Shown: one piece after another, positions 1 to 9,344 of the stretch
Layout: each line of letters begins with the position of its first letter
Position numbering within the stretch: the stretch's first letter is position 1
Source: Arcobacteraceae bacterium
Lineage (GTDB): Bacteria > Campylobacterota > Campylobacteria > Campylobacterales > Arcobacteraceae
Assembly: GCA_965224485.1 (NCBI GenBank)
Contig: CBDCZH010000024.1
Span: 1-38,845, forward strand
Direction of reading: 5' to 3'
Length of the DNA stretch: 38,845 nt
The notes under the pieces: model-generated
Database searches by the model: none
The model's input: only the letters and a program-made list of their open reading frames with translations
What the model was told of the DNA's origin: nothing
Made by a program: the position numbers and the translations under genes

Positions 1-576
1 AACAGTAGCAGTAACAACCCCACTAGAATCAGGAGTAAAAGAGCTACCAGGAACTGCAACAGTAATAGTTCCACCACCTTCTTCACCAGAAACTATAGTA
101 TGAGTAGCATCGGCAACTCCATCACCATTAGTATCAATTTCAATAATATCACCAATTTCAGACGTACTTGGTAGAGTAACTTCAACATTAACATCAGTAG
201 CTAATTCAGCTGAACTTAAAACACCATCAGTTCCAGCATCAATGCTTACAGTAGTAGCAGGATCAGGAGCAGTAGTATCAGTAGGAGCAGTAATTGAAGT
301 AGGAGAACTTGAATTTCCAACAGGATCTTTAATTGTAACAGTAGCAGTAACAACCCCACTAGAATCAGGAGTAAAAGAGCTACCAGGAACTGCAACAGTA
401 ATAGTTCCACCACCTTCTTCACCAGAAACTATAGTATGAGTAGCATCGGCAACACCATCACCATTAGTATCAATTTCAATAATATCACCAATCTCAGACG
501 TACTTGGTAGAGTAACTTCAACATTAACATCAGTAGCTAATTCACTTGAGCTTAAAACACCATCAGTTCCAGTATC
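1..576. repeat. 336-bp (112-aa) tandem coding repeat of the adhesin
   Basis: 1-240 recurs nearly identically at 337-576 (AACAGTAGCAGTAACAACCCCACTAG at 1 and 337); a more diverged unit lies at about 650-930. Confidence 0.95.
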
Positions 577-1458
577 AATTTCAACTAAACTTGCAGAATC
601 AGGAGCAGTTACATCTGAAGAAACAGTGTCTTTAGTTGGAGTACTAGAGTTACCCGTAAAATCTTTTATTGTAGCAGTTACGGTTACTAGTTCACCGGAA
701 TTAGGAATTAATGTTCCAGCTGGAATTACAATTGTAATTGTTCCTGTAAGCTCTGAAGTTGTTATTGTATGTACTAAATCAATAATTCCATTATTATTAA
801 AATCAATTTCAATCTTATACCCTGCTTGTGTAGTAGAAGGTAAAGTTATATATAAATTTGTATCTAGAGCGAGTTCAGTAGGACTTAAAATATTATCGCT
901 TCCTGTTTCAATTTCAACAGAAGTAGGAGAATCTGGTATTGAAATACCAGGAAAGAACCCTCTTGTGCTAAAATTATTAGAAGAATTATTTTCAGGAGAT
1001 TGTAAAGTATTATTTCTCAATATATCTAATTGATCTCTTTGTGTTAAAGCATGTTCATTTTGTGTACTTATTTCAAAATCTTGAAAAAGAGAAGAGTTCT
1101 GCTCCTGAACTTCAGCACCAAATGCAGTTTCAATAGAGTCTAATACTTCGTAAGAAAAGTCAATTGTTACAAGAAGTTCTTGTAATTGTGATAATTCTTC
1201 ACTAATCAGCTCTTTTGTTGACGTAGCTTCATCAAAATAATTTTTCAGCTCAGTAATGCTATTTATTTCTAAACTTACAATAGTATCAATAATTTTGTCA
1301 AAAATATAAAATGAATCTTTATCAACAGATAAAACAATAGTTTTATCACTATCTTGGAAAACAATTTGATTTGTATTTCTAAAAATATCCGCATCTATAA
1401 AGTCGTTAACTTGGTACTCTATAGCCTCATTATCTTGGTTTACAATTAACTTTAACAT
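1..1458 (-). CDS. Giant repetitive T1SS-secreted surface adhesin (LapA/BapA-like, Ig-like repeats), 5' part only; runs off the left edge
   Basis: Not in the ORF track because it is open at the edge. ATG at 1458-1456 with AGGAG RBS at 1469-1465; frame open to base 1 (MLKLIVNQDNEAIEYQVND...). Acidic, Thr/Ser/Val-rich 112-aa repeats (DTTAPDPATTVSIDAGTDGVLSSAELATDVNVEVTLP...DTNGDGVAD...). No Sec signal peptide; directly downstream of T1SS genes. Confidence 0.88.
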   Translation of the reverse strand, partial: MLKLIVNQDNEAIEYQVNDFIDADIFRNTNQIVFQDSDKTIVLSVDKDSFYIFDKIIDTIVSLEINSITELKNYFDEATSTKELISEELSQLQELLVTIDFSYEVLDSIETAFGAEVQEQNSSLFQDFEISTQNEHALTQRDQLDILRNNTLQSPENNSSNNFSTRGFFPGISIPDSPTSVEIETGSDNILSPTELALDTNLYITLPSTTQAGYKIEIDFNNNGIIDLVHTITTSELTGTITIVIPAGTLIPNSGELVTVTATIKDFTGNSSTPTKDTVSSDVTAPDSASLVEIDTGTDGVLSSSELATDVNVEVTLPSTSEIGDIIEIDTNGDGVADATHTIVSGEEGGGTITVAVPGSSFTPDSSGVVTATVTIKDPVGNSSSPTSITAPTDTTAPDPATTVSIDAGTDGVLSSAELATDVNVEVTLPSTSEIGDIIEIDTNGDGVADATHTIVSGEEGGGTITVAVPGSSFTPDSSGVVTATV

Positions 1459-1488
1459 ACTTAACTCCTAATAATAATTATATCTATT

Positions 1489-1520
1489 ATCTTACAATAA
1501 AAAAGTCTCAAAAAAGTCTC
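1489..1520 (-). promoter_or_regulatory. Putative adhesin promoter: -10 TAAGAT preceded by a perfect 11-bp tandem repeat (GAGACTTTTTT x2), OmpR/PhoB-type box
   Basis: + strand AAAAAAGTCTC at 1499-1509 and 1510-1520; ATCTTA (TAAGAT on -) at 1489-1494. Confidence 0.55.
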
Positions 1521-1579
1521 TTTATTATAATAAATAAATAAATAAATTATTAGTAGAAATTTAAAATTTATTTACATTT

Positions 1580-2932
1580 TTAACGCTCATGTAAAGCATT
1601 ACTTTTTGTTTTTAATATAGGTTTCATTATAAAATCAAGAATGGTTTTTTTACCAGTAATAATATCAACACTAGCTATCATTCCAGGAATAATTGGAAGT
1701 TTTTCACCATTTCGCTCAAGATAGTTTTTATTTGTTTTAACTAAAACTCTATAATAAGATTTTTGTTCTTTACTCTCTTTATCAATAATACTATCAGCTG
1801 ATATTTCAACAATTTTAGCTTCTAATCCTCCATAAATTGAAAAGTCATAAGCTGTTATTTTTACAATTGCTTTTTGCTTAGGATTTATAAAAGCAATATC
1901 TTTAGGATCAATTTTTGCCTCAACTAATAAAACTTCACTTTGTGGAACAATTTCAATTAAATCAACTCCTGATCTAACCACTCCACCTATTGTGTTTATA
2001 TTAATTTGTTTTACTATTCCATCAACAGGAGATATAATGACAGTTTTATCTAGTTTATCTTCTTCTGATACTAATCTTGCTGCATACTTTCTAAGCTCTT
2101 TTTGAATTTTTTGGTAATCATTAGAAGCTTCTGCTTTAAAGTTTTGTAATTTTTCATCTATTCTGTTTTGAGCCTCTTTTGCAGCTAGTTTTGCACGAGG
2201 AAAGGTTAATAAAGCAGTTTCTAAATCTCCCTCAGCTTGAGTAAATTCTTTTTCAATATTTAAAAGGTCATAAGAAGATTTAATCTTTCTTAATACTAAT
2301 CTTTTCATAGTTTTTCTTTGTTTTTTAATCAAAACAAGAGATTTTCTTAATTTAGAAATAGTACTTTGAATCTCTTTTATTTCTAAAAGCTTTTGGGCAT
2401 ATTGATTTTTTAAAACTCTAACGCTAAATTTTAACTCATTAGTTCTGTTTTTGAAAAGATTTTTTTCTATTTCTATATAATCTATATTCTCTTCTTTCAT
2501 AAGGCTAGAATGAAAAATTAATTTAGGAGTTTTTTTATTAAGTGAAAAATTATCTTCTGCTATTAATCTTGTTTTTACAGCTAATAAGCTTAAATATTCT
2601 GCTTGATTTTCTTGCAAAGAGGCTTTAAATCTTGTTGTATCAATTTTCATTAATTCATCACCAATTTTAACAATTTGTCCTTCTTTTACTAAAATCTCTG
2701 AAATAATTCCACCATCTAGATTTTGTATCTTTTGTATCTTATCTGTAGGAATTACTTTTCCATTCCCACGTGCTAGTTCATCTACTTTTGCCAAAGAAGC
2801 CCATAATAAAGCACAAAGAAAAAAAGAAATTATTATGATGTATATAAATCTAGTTCTAATTTCAGGTTCTTCATTTGCATTAGCATACATTTTATTTATA
2901 AAATTCATATCTTCATCAAAATTATTTGCCAT
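1580..2932 (-). CDS. HlyD-family T1SS membrane fusion protein (LapC-like)
   Basis: N-terminal TM helix, GKVIP...IQNLDGG, long coiled coil, SPVDGIV, AYDFSIYGGL, PGM...VDIITGKKTILDF motifs. Confidence 0.95.
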   Translation of the reverse strand: MANNFDEDMNFINKMYANANEEPEIRTRFIYIIIISFFLCALLWASLAKVDELARGNGKVIPTDKIQKIQNLDGGIISEILVKEGQIVKIGDELMKIDTTRFKASLQENQAEYLSLLAVKTRLIAEDNFSLNKKTPKLIFHSSLMKEENIDYIEIEKNLFKNRTNELKFSVRVLKNQYAQKLLEIKEIQSTISKLRKSLVLIKKQRKTMKRLVLRKIKSSYDLLNIEKEFTQAEGDLETALLTFPRAKLAAKEAQNRIDEKLQNFKAEASNDYQKIQKELRKYAARLVSEEDKLDKTVIISPVDGIVKQININTIGGVVRSGVDLIEIVPQSEVLLVEAKIDPKDIAFINPKQKAIVKITAYDFSIYGGLEAKIVEISADSIIDKESKEQKSYYRVLVKTNKNYLERNGEKLPIIPGMIASVDIITGKKTILDFIMKPILKTKSNALHER

Positions 2933-2936
2933 AATG

Positions 2937-5141
2937 TCATTTCTCCTTTTTCTTCATAATAGAAGAACTTTTAAAAACTTCTTCTTTCGTACCATCTGCA
3001 ATAATCTGTCCATTTTCAACAATTATTACCCTATCAACTAGTCTTAATAAAGATGTTTTATGCGTAACTAGTACTAATGTTTTATCTTTTATAATTTCTT
3101 CTAGTTTATTAATAAATGACGTTTCTGCTTGTTTATCCATAGCATTTGTTGGTTCATCTAACATTATTATATTAGGATTTGAAATTAGAGCACGAGCTAA
3201 AGTAACACTTTGTCTTTCCCCTCCCGATAATCCCTCACCTCTTTCACCTACAATTAAATCAAACCCAGCCTCATGTTTATCTAAAAATTCATGTAATCCA
3301 GCAATTCTAGCAACTTTTAATAACTCTTCATCTGTTGCAAATTGTTCCCCAATTGTAATATTATCTTTAATTGTTCCCATAAATAAGAATGGTTCTTGTG
3401 GCACTATTCCCATAGAACGTCTTAAGTCAACGGGGTCAATTTGTCTTGTATCCACACCATCTATTAAAACAGAACCCGAAACTGGTTCATAAAGGTTCAT
3501 CATAAGTTTTAGTAAAGTAGATTTACCAGAACCAATTTTTCCTAAAATTGCTACTTTTTCACCTTCTTTAATAGTAAGATTTATATTTTTTAGTATTTTA
3601 TATTTATTTTCACTATAAGTAAATTCTAAGTCTTTTAACTCAATATTTCCTTTTAAATTTGGACGAGAGATGTAGTTTTTATCTTCTTTCTCAACAGGCA
3701 TTTTCATGATTTCATCAAGATTATTTAAAGATAACATAGTTCTATCAAAACGAATAATCATTCCAACAATTTGAGAAACGGGAGCAATAACACGACCATT
3801 TAACATCATTGCTGCAATAATACCACCCATAGTAATGCCTCCAGTGCTTGCTAAATAAACACCAGCTGCAACAATAATTATATTAGAAAAGCCAGACATA
3901 AAAGCAGTAAAATAATTAATACTATGAGATAAAAATTGACCCTGTTCTGCATAATGAACAGTAGCAGCTACTGATTTATCCCAGTGTGTTCTCATTCTAT
4001 TTTGGGCTCTTACACTTTTTATTATTTCAAGACCTGTTACTGTTTCTATTAAGGTTGTTTGTTTAAGTTGTTCTTCTTTTACAGATTTTTCAACTATATT
4101 CTTTAAAGGTTTTTGCATATACCAAGAAGTTAAAATTAAAATAACAACAATACTTAATGTTACATAACCTAAGGGACCACCTATAAAAAAAATAACAAGA
4201 ATAAAAATAAAAATAAAAGGTAGGTCAACTATAGCTGACATGGTTGCTGAAGTAAAAAACTCTCTTACACTTTCATATGATTGCAGTCTTGAAACAAATT
4301 GACCCGTAGATGCTGGCTTTGAGGCTAGTTTTATATTTAATAAGTGATTGAATATTTTATTAGAAATAACGGTATCTGCTCTTTTACCAGCAATTCCTAG
4401 AAAGTAAGTTCTTACCATTTTCATAACAAAATCAAAAACCATAATAATAGATATACCAATAAACAGTGCCCACATTGTTTCCATAGCATTATTTGGTAAT
4501 ACCCTATCATATACATTCATAGTGAACAAAGGAGTTGCTAAAATAAATAAATTTATAAATAAAGATATTATTGCTACTTGTTTATAAATACCAATATTTC
4601 TTTTCATTGTATCCCAAAACCACTCTTTTGGGTTTTCAATTACAATCTCTTTATCAACTCTATTTTTAAAATTGTATTCTGGTTTTATGATTATTACTTC
4701 ACCCATAAATTCAGATTCTAATCTATCAATAGGCATATCAATTTGACCTAAGTTAATACCTGGGATAATAACTTTAGCAATGCCGTCTTTTGTATCATAA
4801 TCTAATAAAATACAAGCTCTATTTTTACCTAATAATAAAACAGAAGGAAGAGCAAGTTTTGTAATATCCGAGATTTTTTCTCTTTTTACATTCTTGGTAA
4901 TTAATCCTAAACGTGCAGATGCTTGAGTGAACATACTATAGTTCATAAGCTGATTATGAATAGGAAGGGAGTGCATAATTGATTCGGCGGAGGTTTCTCG
5001 TTTATGGTATTTAGTTAAAAATAATAAACAATCTAAAAATGTGTCAACAGTTCTTCTATTTTGAAGTTTATCTAAACTATTATTACTTAATTCATCTTCG
5101 TTTGAAGATAAAATATCTTTTTCTTTATTAGTATCTTTCAA
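2937..5141 (-). CDS. T1SS permease/ATPase (LapB-like) with N-terminal C39-like domain
   Basis: TTG start; PLFTMNVYDRVLPN motif, Walker A GKIGSGKS, signature LSGGERQ, Walker B IIMLDEPT, H-loop VTHK. Confidence 0.95.
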   Translation of the reverse strand: MKDTNKEKDILSSNEDELSNNSLDKLQNRRTVDTFLDCLLFLTKYHKRETSAESIMHSLPIHNQLMNYSMFTQASARLGLITKNVKREKISDITKLALPSVLLLGKNRACILLDYDTKDGIAKVIIPGINLGQIDMPIDRLESEFMGEVIIIKPEYNFKNRVDKEIVIENPKEWFWDTMKRNIGIYKQVAIISLFINLFILATPLFTMNVYDRVLPNNAMETMWALFIGISIIMVFDFVMKMVRTYFLGIAGKRADTVISNKIFNHLLNIKLASKPASTGQFVSRLQSYESVREFFTSATMSAIVDLPFIFIFILVIFFIGGPLGYVTLSIVVILILTSWYMQKPLKNIVEKSVKEEQLKQTTLIETVTGLEIIKSVRAQNRMRTHWDKSVAATVHYAEQGQFLSHSINYFTAFMSGFSNIIIVAAGVYLASTGGITMGGIIAAMMLNGRVIAPVSQIVGMIIRFDRTMLSLNNLDEIMKMPVEKEDKNYISRPNLKGNIELKDLEFTYSENKYKILKNINLTIKEGEKVAILGKIGSGKSTLLKLMMNLYEPVSGSVLIDGVDTRQIDPVDLRRSMGIVPQEPFLFMGTIKDNITIGEQFATDEELLKVARIAGLHEFLDKHEAGFDLIVGERGEGLSGGERQSVTLARALISNPNIIMLDEPTNAMDKQAETSFINKLEEIIKDKTLVLVTHKTSLLRLVDRVIIVENGQIIADGTKEEVFKSSSIMKKKEK

Positions 5142-5228
5142 GCTTTACCTTTTATGAAAATTATTCGTAAAATTACTAAATTATAACATAACTAACTTTT
5201 AGGTTTAATATGATTAAGAATGAAATAT

Positions 5229-5260
5229 AAAAAGTTAAATACCTAAATATTTAACTTTTT
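5229..5260 (-). terminator. Probable intrinsic terminator downstream of tolC
   Basis: AAAAAGTTAAATA-cctaaa-TATTTAACTTTTT, 13-bp inverted repeat just after the tolC stop. Confidence 0.6.
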
Positions 5261-5275
5261 TATGGATAAGATTTA

Positions 5276-6991
5276 TTAATTATATTTTTTATATAAATCT
5301 TGGTGTTTTCCAAGATTATCAATATAAGGTCTGTTTTTTAATAAGTCTTCACTTAGATTTTTCATAGCTTCTTTTGCCAGTGTTAGAGTTTTATAAATAC
5401 CATAAATAATCTTTGCTTGTTTAATTTCTGCTCCAAAACTAAAAGAAAAACTAAGATCTTCTATTTGATTGTTTTTCATGTATTCTTTTGCTGAATCTAA
5501 ACTATTAAATGTTGCAAGATTGATAGTATAGTACTCTTTTGGAGAATCTAAATAAGAGGTTTCACTCATATCTAAATCTTGGCTTAATGTTTCAGTATCT
5601 TCATTCGTATCATTTCCTTCATTACTTAAATCACCTAAATCTTCGTCTTGAACTTCTTTTTTAACTTTTTTAACAGTTTTTTGACAAGTTTGATTTTTGC
5701 TTGTTAGAATAGTTTTACTAAGACTTGATAAGTTAAATAATAGTTCATAATAATCTGTTAATAATACAAACTCTCTATTTACTAAAGAAGTATCTGCTTG
5801 GTATAATTCTGATTGTGCATTTAATATATCAATAAATGTTCTTGTACCTGCTTCAAACTCTTGTTTATATATGTCTACAATATTTATATTGTCTTCTTTT
5901 AATTGTTTTAAAGTACTAACTCTTTGTAGATTCTTTTGATATTTAAAATATGCTTTTTTCACATTTGAAACTACTTCATCTGTAATTGAATCAAGATTCT
6001 TTTTTGCTTCTAATAAGAACTTTTGTTCTCTTTTTGAAACATGATAATCACTAGTTCCATTAAATAAATTCCAAGTCATATTTAGTCTTATTAGATATTC
6101 CTCTTCTCTTCCATTATTAACTAACTCTAAATCATCATCCCATTTACTTTCTAGTCTAAGTTTTAATGTTGGTAAAAATCTTGAATTAGCTTTAGATAAT
6201 TTTGCTTGTTGTTCTTTTATCTTAGCTAATGCCTCTAGTACTTTATCACTATTAATAACAGCTAGTTCTAGTGTTTCCTCTAGGGTCTTAGGAATATTAT
6301 TTGAATTAATAATAGGTCTACAAAGAAGATCTGGTGTTGCAAGTCCAATATATCTTTTAAAATCATTTACATTTTTATCTAACTCTTCTTCTTGTTCTTG
6401 ATATTTTTCTTGGGCAAAATGAAGTTTTGAACTTACTTGAAATGTTTCTAATATTTCTCCAGATATTTCTTCTTTATCTTTTGCCGTAATTAAGTTATCT
6501 TCATTTATTTGAATCATATCTTTTGATAAAGCTAAGAGTTCTTGATATTGCACGACACCTAAATAAGCATTTAAAGAATTTATAAGAACTGATTCAATGT
6601 TTAATTTACTTCTGTGTTTATTTGCAATTTCACTTGCTTTTAATTCATCAACTTCAGCACCAGTAAACCCACCGTTGTATAAAACTTGCTCTAAGCTAAG
6701 ATTTGCATTCCAACCGTGTTTCGTAACTTGATTGTCTGAAGGAGGGCTCTTTTCAGCTCTTTGTTTTGTTTTGTTTTTTTCTGTGTAAATTGAAAAATCA
6801 AGACTAGGTAAATAAGCACCTTTTTTCTCATCTACATAGTGTTTATACGCTTCTTGATTACTAAGCTCTGCTGCAATTTCGGGGTTATTTTTAATAGTTT
6901 CTTGAATACCTTCTTTTAGAGATAATGCATTCAAATTTGTTAAAAAAATAAGTAAGAAACTTAAAAATAGAGCTTTTGTTATTATTTTCAT
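5276..6991 (-). CDS. TolC-family outer membrane efflux protein (LapE-like) with acidic linker and C-terminal SPOR-like domain
   Basis: Signal peptide; OEP motifs (GAYLPSLD, FLPTL, WNLFNG, EFEAGTRTFIDILNAQSEL); extra ~130-aa tail ending in YTINLATF...IIYGIYKT...AKEAMKNL...PYI. Confidence 0.9.
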   Translation of the reverse strand: MKIITKALFLSFLLIFLTNLNALSLKEGIQETIKNNPEIAAELSNQEAYKHYVDEKKGAYLPSLDFSIYTEKNKTKQRAEKSPPSDNQVTKHGWNANLSLEQVLYNGGFTGAEVDELKASEIANKHRSKLNIESVLINSLNAYLGVVQYQELLALSKDMIQINEDNLITAKDKEEISGEILETFQVSSKLHFAQEKYQEQEEELDKNVNDFKRYIGLATPDLLCRPIINSNNIPKTLEETLELAVINSDKVLEALAKIKEQQAKLSKANSRFLPTLKLRLESKWDDDLELVNNGREEEYLIRLNMTWNLFNGTSDYHVSKREQKFLLEAKKNLDSITDEVVSNVKKAYFKYQKNLQRVSTLKQLKEDNINIVDIYKQEFEAGTRTFIDILNAQSELYQADTSLVNREFVLLTDYYELLFNLSSLSKTILTSKNQTCQKTVKKVKKEVQDEDLGDLSNEGNDTNEDTETLSQDLDMSETSYLDSPKEYYTINLATFNSLDSAKEYMKNNQIEDLSFSFSFGAEIKQAKIIYGIYKTLTLAKEAMKNLSEDLLKNRPYIDNLGKHQDLYKKYN

Positions 6992-7156
6992 AATAAATCC
7001 TTTCGTATGGAGAATAATTATTGTATCATAATAATTACAATTATTATAAGCATTTAATTAACCCGAGTATATAGAAGTATAACTTAAAATATTATTAAGT
7101 TATTTGATATTATTTCTTTATACATTATAAATAATATTTTATTAAGGATTTGATAC

Positions 7157-7861
7157 ATGGATAAAAGTGCAGTAAGTAATATATTGAAAGATTTAACAAT
7201 CTTATATATAGAAGATGAAGAGAATATAAGAAAAAATATCACCTCTACTCTTAATCTTATATTAGGCAAGGTGTTAGCCTGCTCGTCTTATGATGAGGCT
7301 GTAATAACATATAAAAATAATAAAATAGATATTATACTTTCTGATATTAACCTATCTGGTAAAAGTGGAATTGATTTTTGTAAAAATATCAGAGAAAATA
7401 ATATTATAATACCCATCATTTTACTAACGGCACATCTTGATACTAATTATTTATTAGATGCTACAAAACTAAAATTAGTTGATTATTTGATTAAACCTAT
7501 TAACTTTGATTCTTTGTATAATGTTTTGTTAAAGGCAGCAAATGAATTACTCTTGCAAAACTCATTTAAAATAAAATTTAAAAATAATGTGCTCTTTGAT
7601 ATAAATAATAAACTTCTTCTTAGTTCTGAGCAAAAAGAGATAAAATTAACTTCTAGTGAACTTCATCTCTTAGAATATCTTGTTAAAAATTCAAATAGAG
7701 TAGTTCCCCATGACGAAATTAAATTAAATATTTGGGAAGATTCTTTTTTAGCAAGCGATTCAGCTTTAAAAAATCTACTCAATAAACTAAGAAAAAAAAT
7801 AGGTAAAGAGTCTATTGAAAATATCTCAGGAATAGGATTTCGCTTAATTTATAATGACTAG
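7157..7861 (+). CDS. OmpR-family response regulator (orphan)
   Basis: Receiver (LYIEDEE, IILSDINL, LTAH, YLIKP) plus winged helix (LTSSE..LL, LRKKIG, GIGFRL); AAGGA RBS. Confidence 0.93.
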   Translation: MDKSAVSNILKDLTILYIEDEENIRKNITSTLNLILGKVLACSSYDEAVITYKNNKIDIILSDINLSGKSGIDFCKNIRENNIIIPIILLTAHLDTNYLLDATKLKLVDYLIKPINFDSLYNVLLKAANELLLQNSFKIKFKNNVLFDINNKLLLSSEQKEIKLTSSELHLLEYLVKNSNRVVPHDEIKLNIWEDSFLASDSALKNLLNKLRKKIGKESIENISGIGFRLIYND

Positions 7862-7900
7862 TCTTTTTAGATACAATACAAAAAAATATAAGGTATAAAT

Positions 7901-8467
7901 ATGAGTTTAGAAGAAGATTTATTAAAAAGAAGCTCTAAGAAATGTGAACTATGTGCAAGTGAAGAGAACTTAAGTGTTTTTGAAGTAGAAGAGGGATCTG
8001 TAAGTATTGATGAGTGCATTTGTGTATGTAATATTTGTAAAGAACAATTAAGTGATGATGCAAAACTTCAAGCTAATCATTGGCACTGTTTAAATGACTC
8101 TATGTGGAGTGAAGTAGCTGTGGTTCAAGTTGTAGCTTATAGAATTTTATCTAAAATATCACATGAAGGTTGGCCTCAAGATATGCTTGATATGTTGTAC
8201 CTTGATGATAAGCTTCAAGCTTGGGCTAATAAAGGTTTAGAAGTAAAAGAAGAGGGTGTAATAGTTAAAGATGCCAATGGAAGTACTTTGGAAAATGGTG
8301 ATAGCATTACTATTATAAAAGACTTAGAAGTAAAAGGGGCTGGCTTTACTGCTAAAAGAGGAACTGTAGTTAAGAATATATCTTTAGGTGATGATCCTAC
8401 TCATATAGAAGGTAGAGTTAATGGAGTTAAAATATATCTAAAAACTTGTTTTTTAAAGAAAGTATAG
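7901..8467 (+). CDS. PhnA/YjdM-domain zinc-ribbon protein
   Basis: CELC and CxxC motifs, HWHCLNDSMWSE, C-terminal KDANG..L..GDSITIIKDLEVKG domain. Confidence 0.85.
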   Translation: MSLEEDLLKRSSKKCELCASEENLSVFEVEEGSVSIDECICVCNICKEQLSDDAKLQANHWHCLNDSMWSEVAVVQVVAYRILSKISHEGWPQDMLDMLYLDDKLQAWANKGLEVKEEGVIVKDANGSTLENGDSITIIKDLEVKGAGFTAKRGTVVKNISLGDDPTHIEGRVNGVKIYLKTCFLKKV

Positions 8468-8476
8468 TTTTTAAAG

Positions 8477-8510
8477 AATAGAATAAATAAAACTTTTTAT
8501 TTATTCTATT
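8477..8510. terminator. Bidirectional terminator-like hairpin between convergent genes
   Basis: AATAGAATAAATAAAA-CT-TTTTATTTATTCTATT, perfect 16-bp inverted repeat overlapping the stop at 8506. Confidence 0.6.
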
Positions 8511-9276
8511 TTCCTTCCCAACTTTGTTTAAAACTTTTACCCTTAGATATTTCATAGGATAAGTTAATTAAACCTGTTTTTTTAAGAACTTGTATAATTT
8601 TTTTACTCCAAGAAGCTCTAAAATTAAAGGAGTTTTTTTTCCCTCCTATGCTTTTTATAAAATCTTCATTTAACTTTTTTGAAAAAAGTATCTCTTTCCC
8701 ATGTTTTTTAACTTCTTGCTCTAAATACATTCTTGCCTTACGAAAAACAAGATGATTGTTTTTTTCTGATATCCATTTTGTGCAAAAGTCTTTAATATTT
8801 TGCATATTAGCTTTTTGTTTTTTACTTAGATTTTTATCAAAAAAATCTAAGTTATTTGTAGTTCCTGCAATGCCTTCTGGTCTATAATCTTTTTTTAAAC
8901 TTTTCTCTCTTTGTTTATATCTAAGTTCTTGTGAAGTATATTTTTTTATTTCACTAGGATTATAGATTATTTTATAAGGTTCTTTTATATTAGGAAGGTA
9001 TAAAGAAGGAAGAGCTTTTTCATTTTTATTAGCTCCTAAACTTAAGATATTTCCACTAATTGAAGCTACATAACCTCTTCCATAACCTGATTCAACACTT
9101 GCAATTGCTAAGAGTGCAGCTGGTGGAATATTGTATTTTAATCCAAGTTTAACAGTATCTTGTATCAAAGTTTTGTAAAACTCTTTTACATGAATATATT
9201 TTCTATAAGAAAACTCTTTATTGTATGAATAAAGTAAGCTGTTTAATAGTATTAAAATAAGTAATAGTTTTTTCAT
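8506..9276 (-). CDS. Exported glucosaminidase/lysozyme-like domain protein (putative peptidoglycan hydrolase)
   Basis: Signal peptide MKKLLLILILLNSLLYS; IPPAALLAIASVESGYG motif with putative catalytic Glu, followed by GNILSL. Confidence 0.65.
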   Translation of the reverse strand: MKKLLLILILLNSLLYSYNKEFSYRKYIHVKEFYKTLIQDTVKLGLKYNIPPAALLAIASVESGYGRGYVASISGNILSLGANKNEKALPSLYLPNIKEPYKIIYNPSEIKKYTSQELRYKQREKSLKKDYRPEGIAGTTNNLDFFDKNLSKKQKANMQNIKDFCTKWISEKNNHLVFRKARMYLEQEVKKHGKEILFSKKLNEDFIKSIGGKKNSFNFRASWSKKIIQVLKKTGLINLSYEISKGKSFKQSWEGK

Positions 9277-9344
9277 TAAATATTATAACAACAAAAGAAG
9301 TTTAGTCCTCTTAAATAAAAAGTAAGTTCTTTTATTTAAATATC

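Noticed and set aside
242..1033. + strand ORFs 242-439 and 626-1033
   Set aside because: Antisense shadows of the minus-strand adhesin, which has an RBS, a continuous frame and coherent repeats.
1528..1548. (TAAA)n microsatellite-like run
   Set aside because: Only about four units in an extremely AT-rich spacer; no evidence of function.
7015..7046. Imperfect 11-bp inverted repeat upstream of tolC
   Set aside because: Almost entirely A/T and plausible by chance; no second copy was seen.
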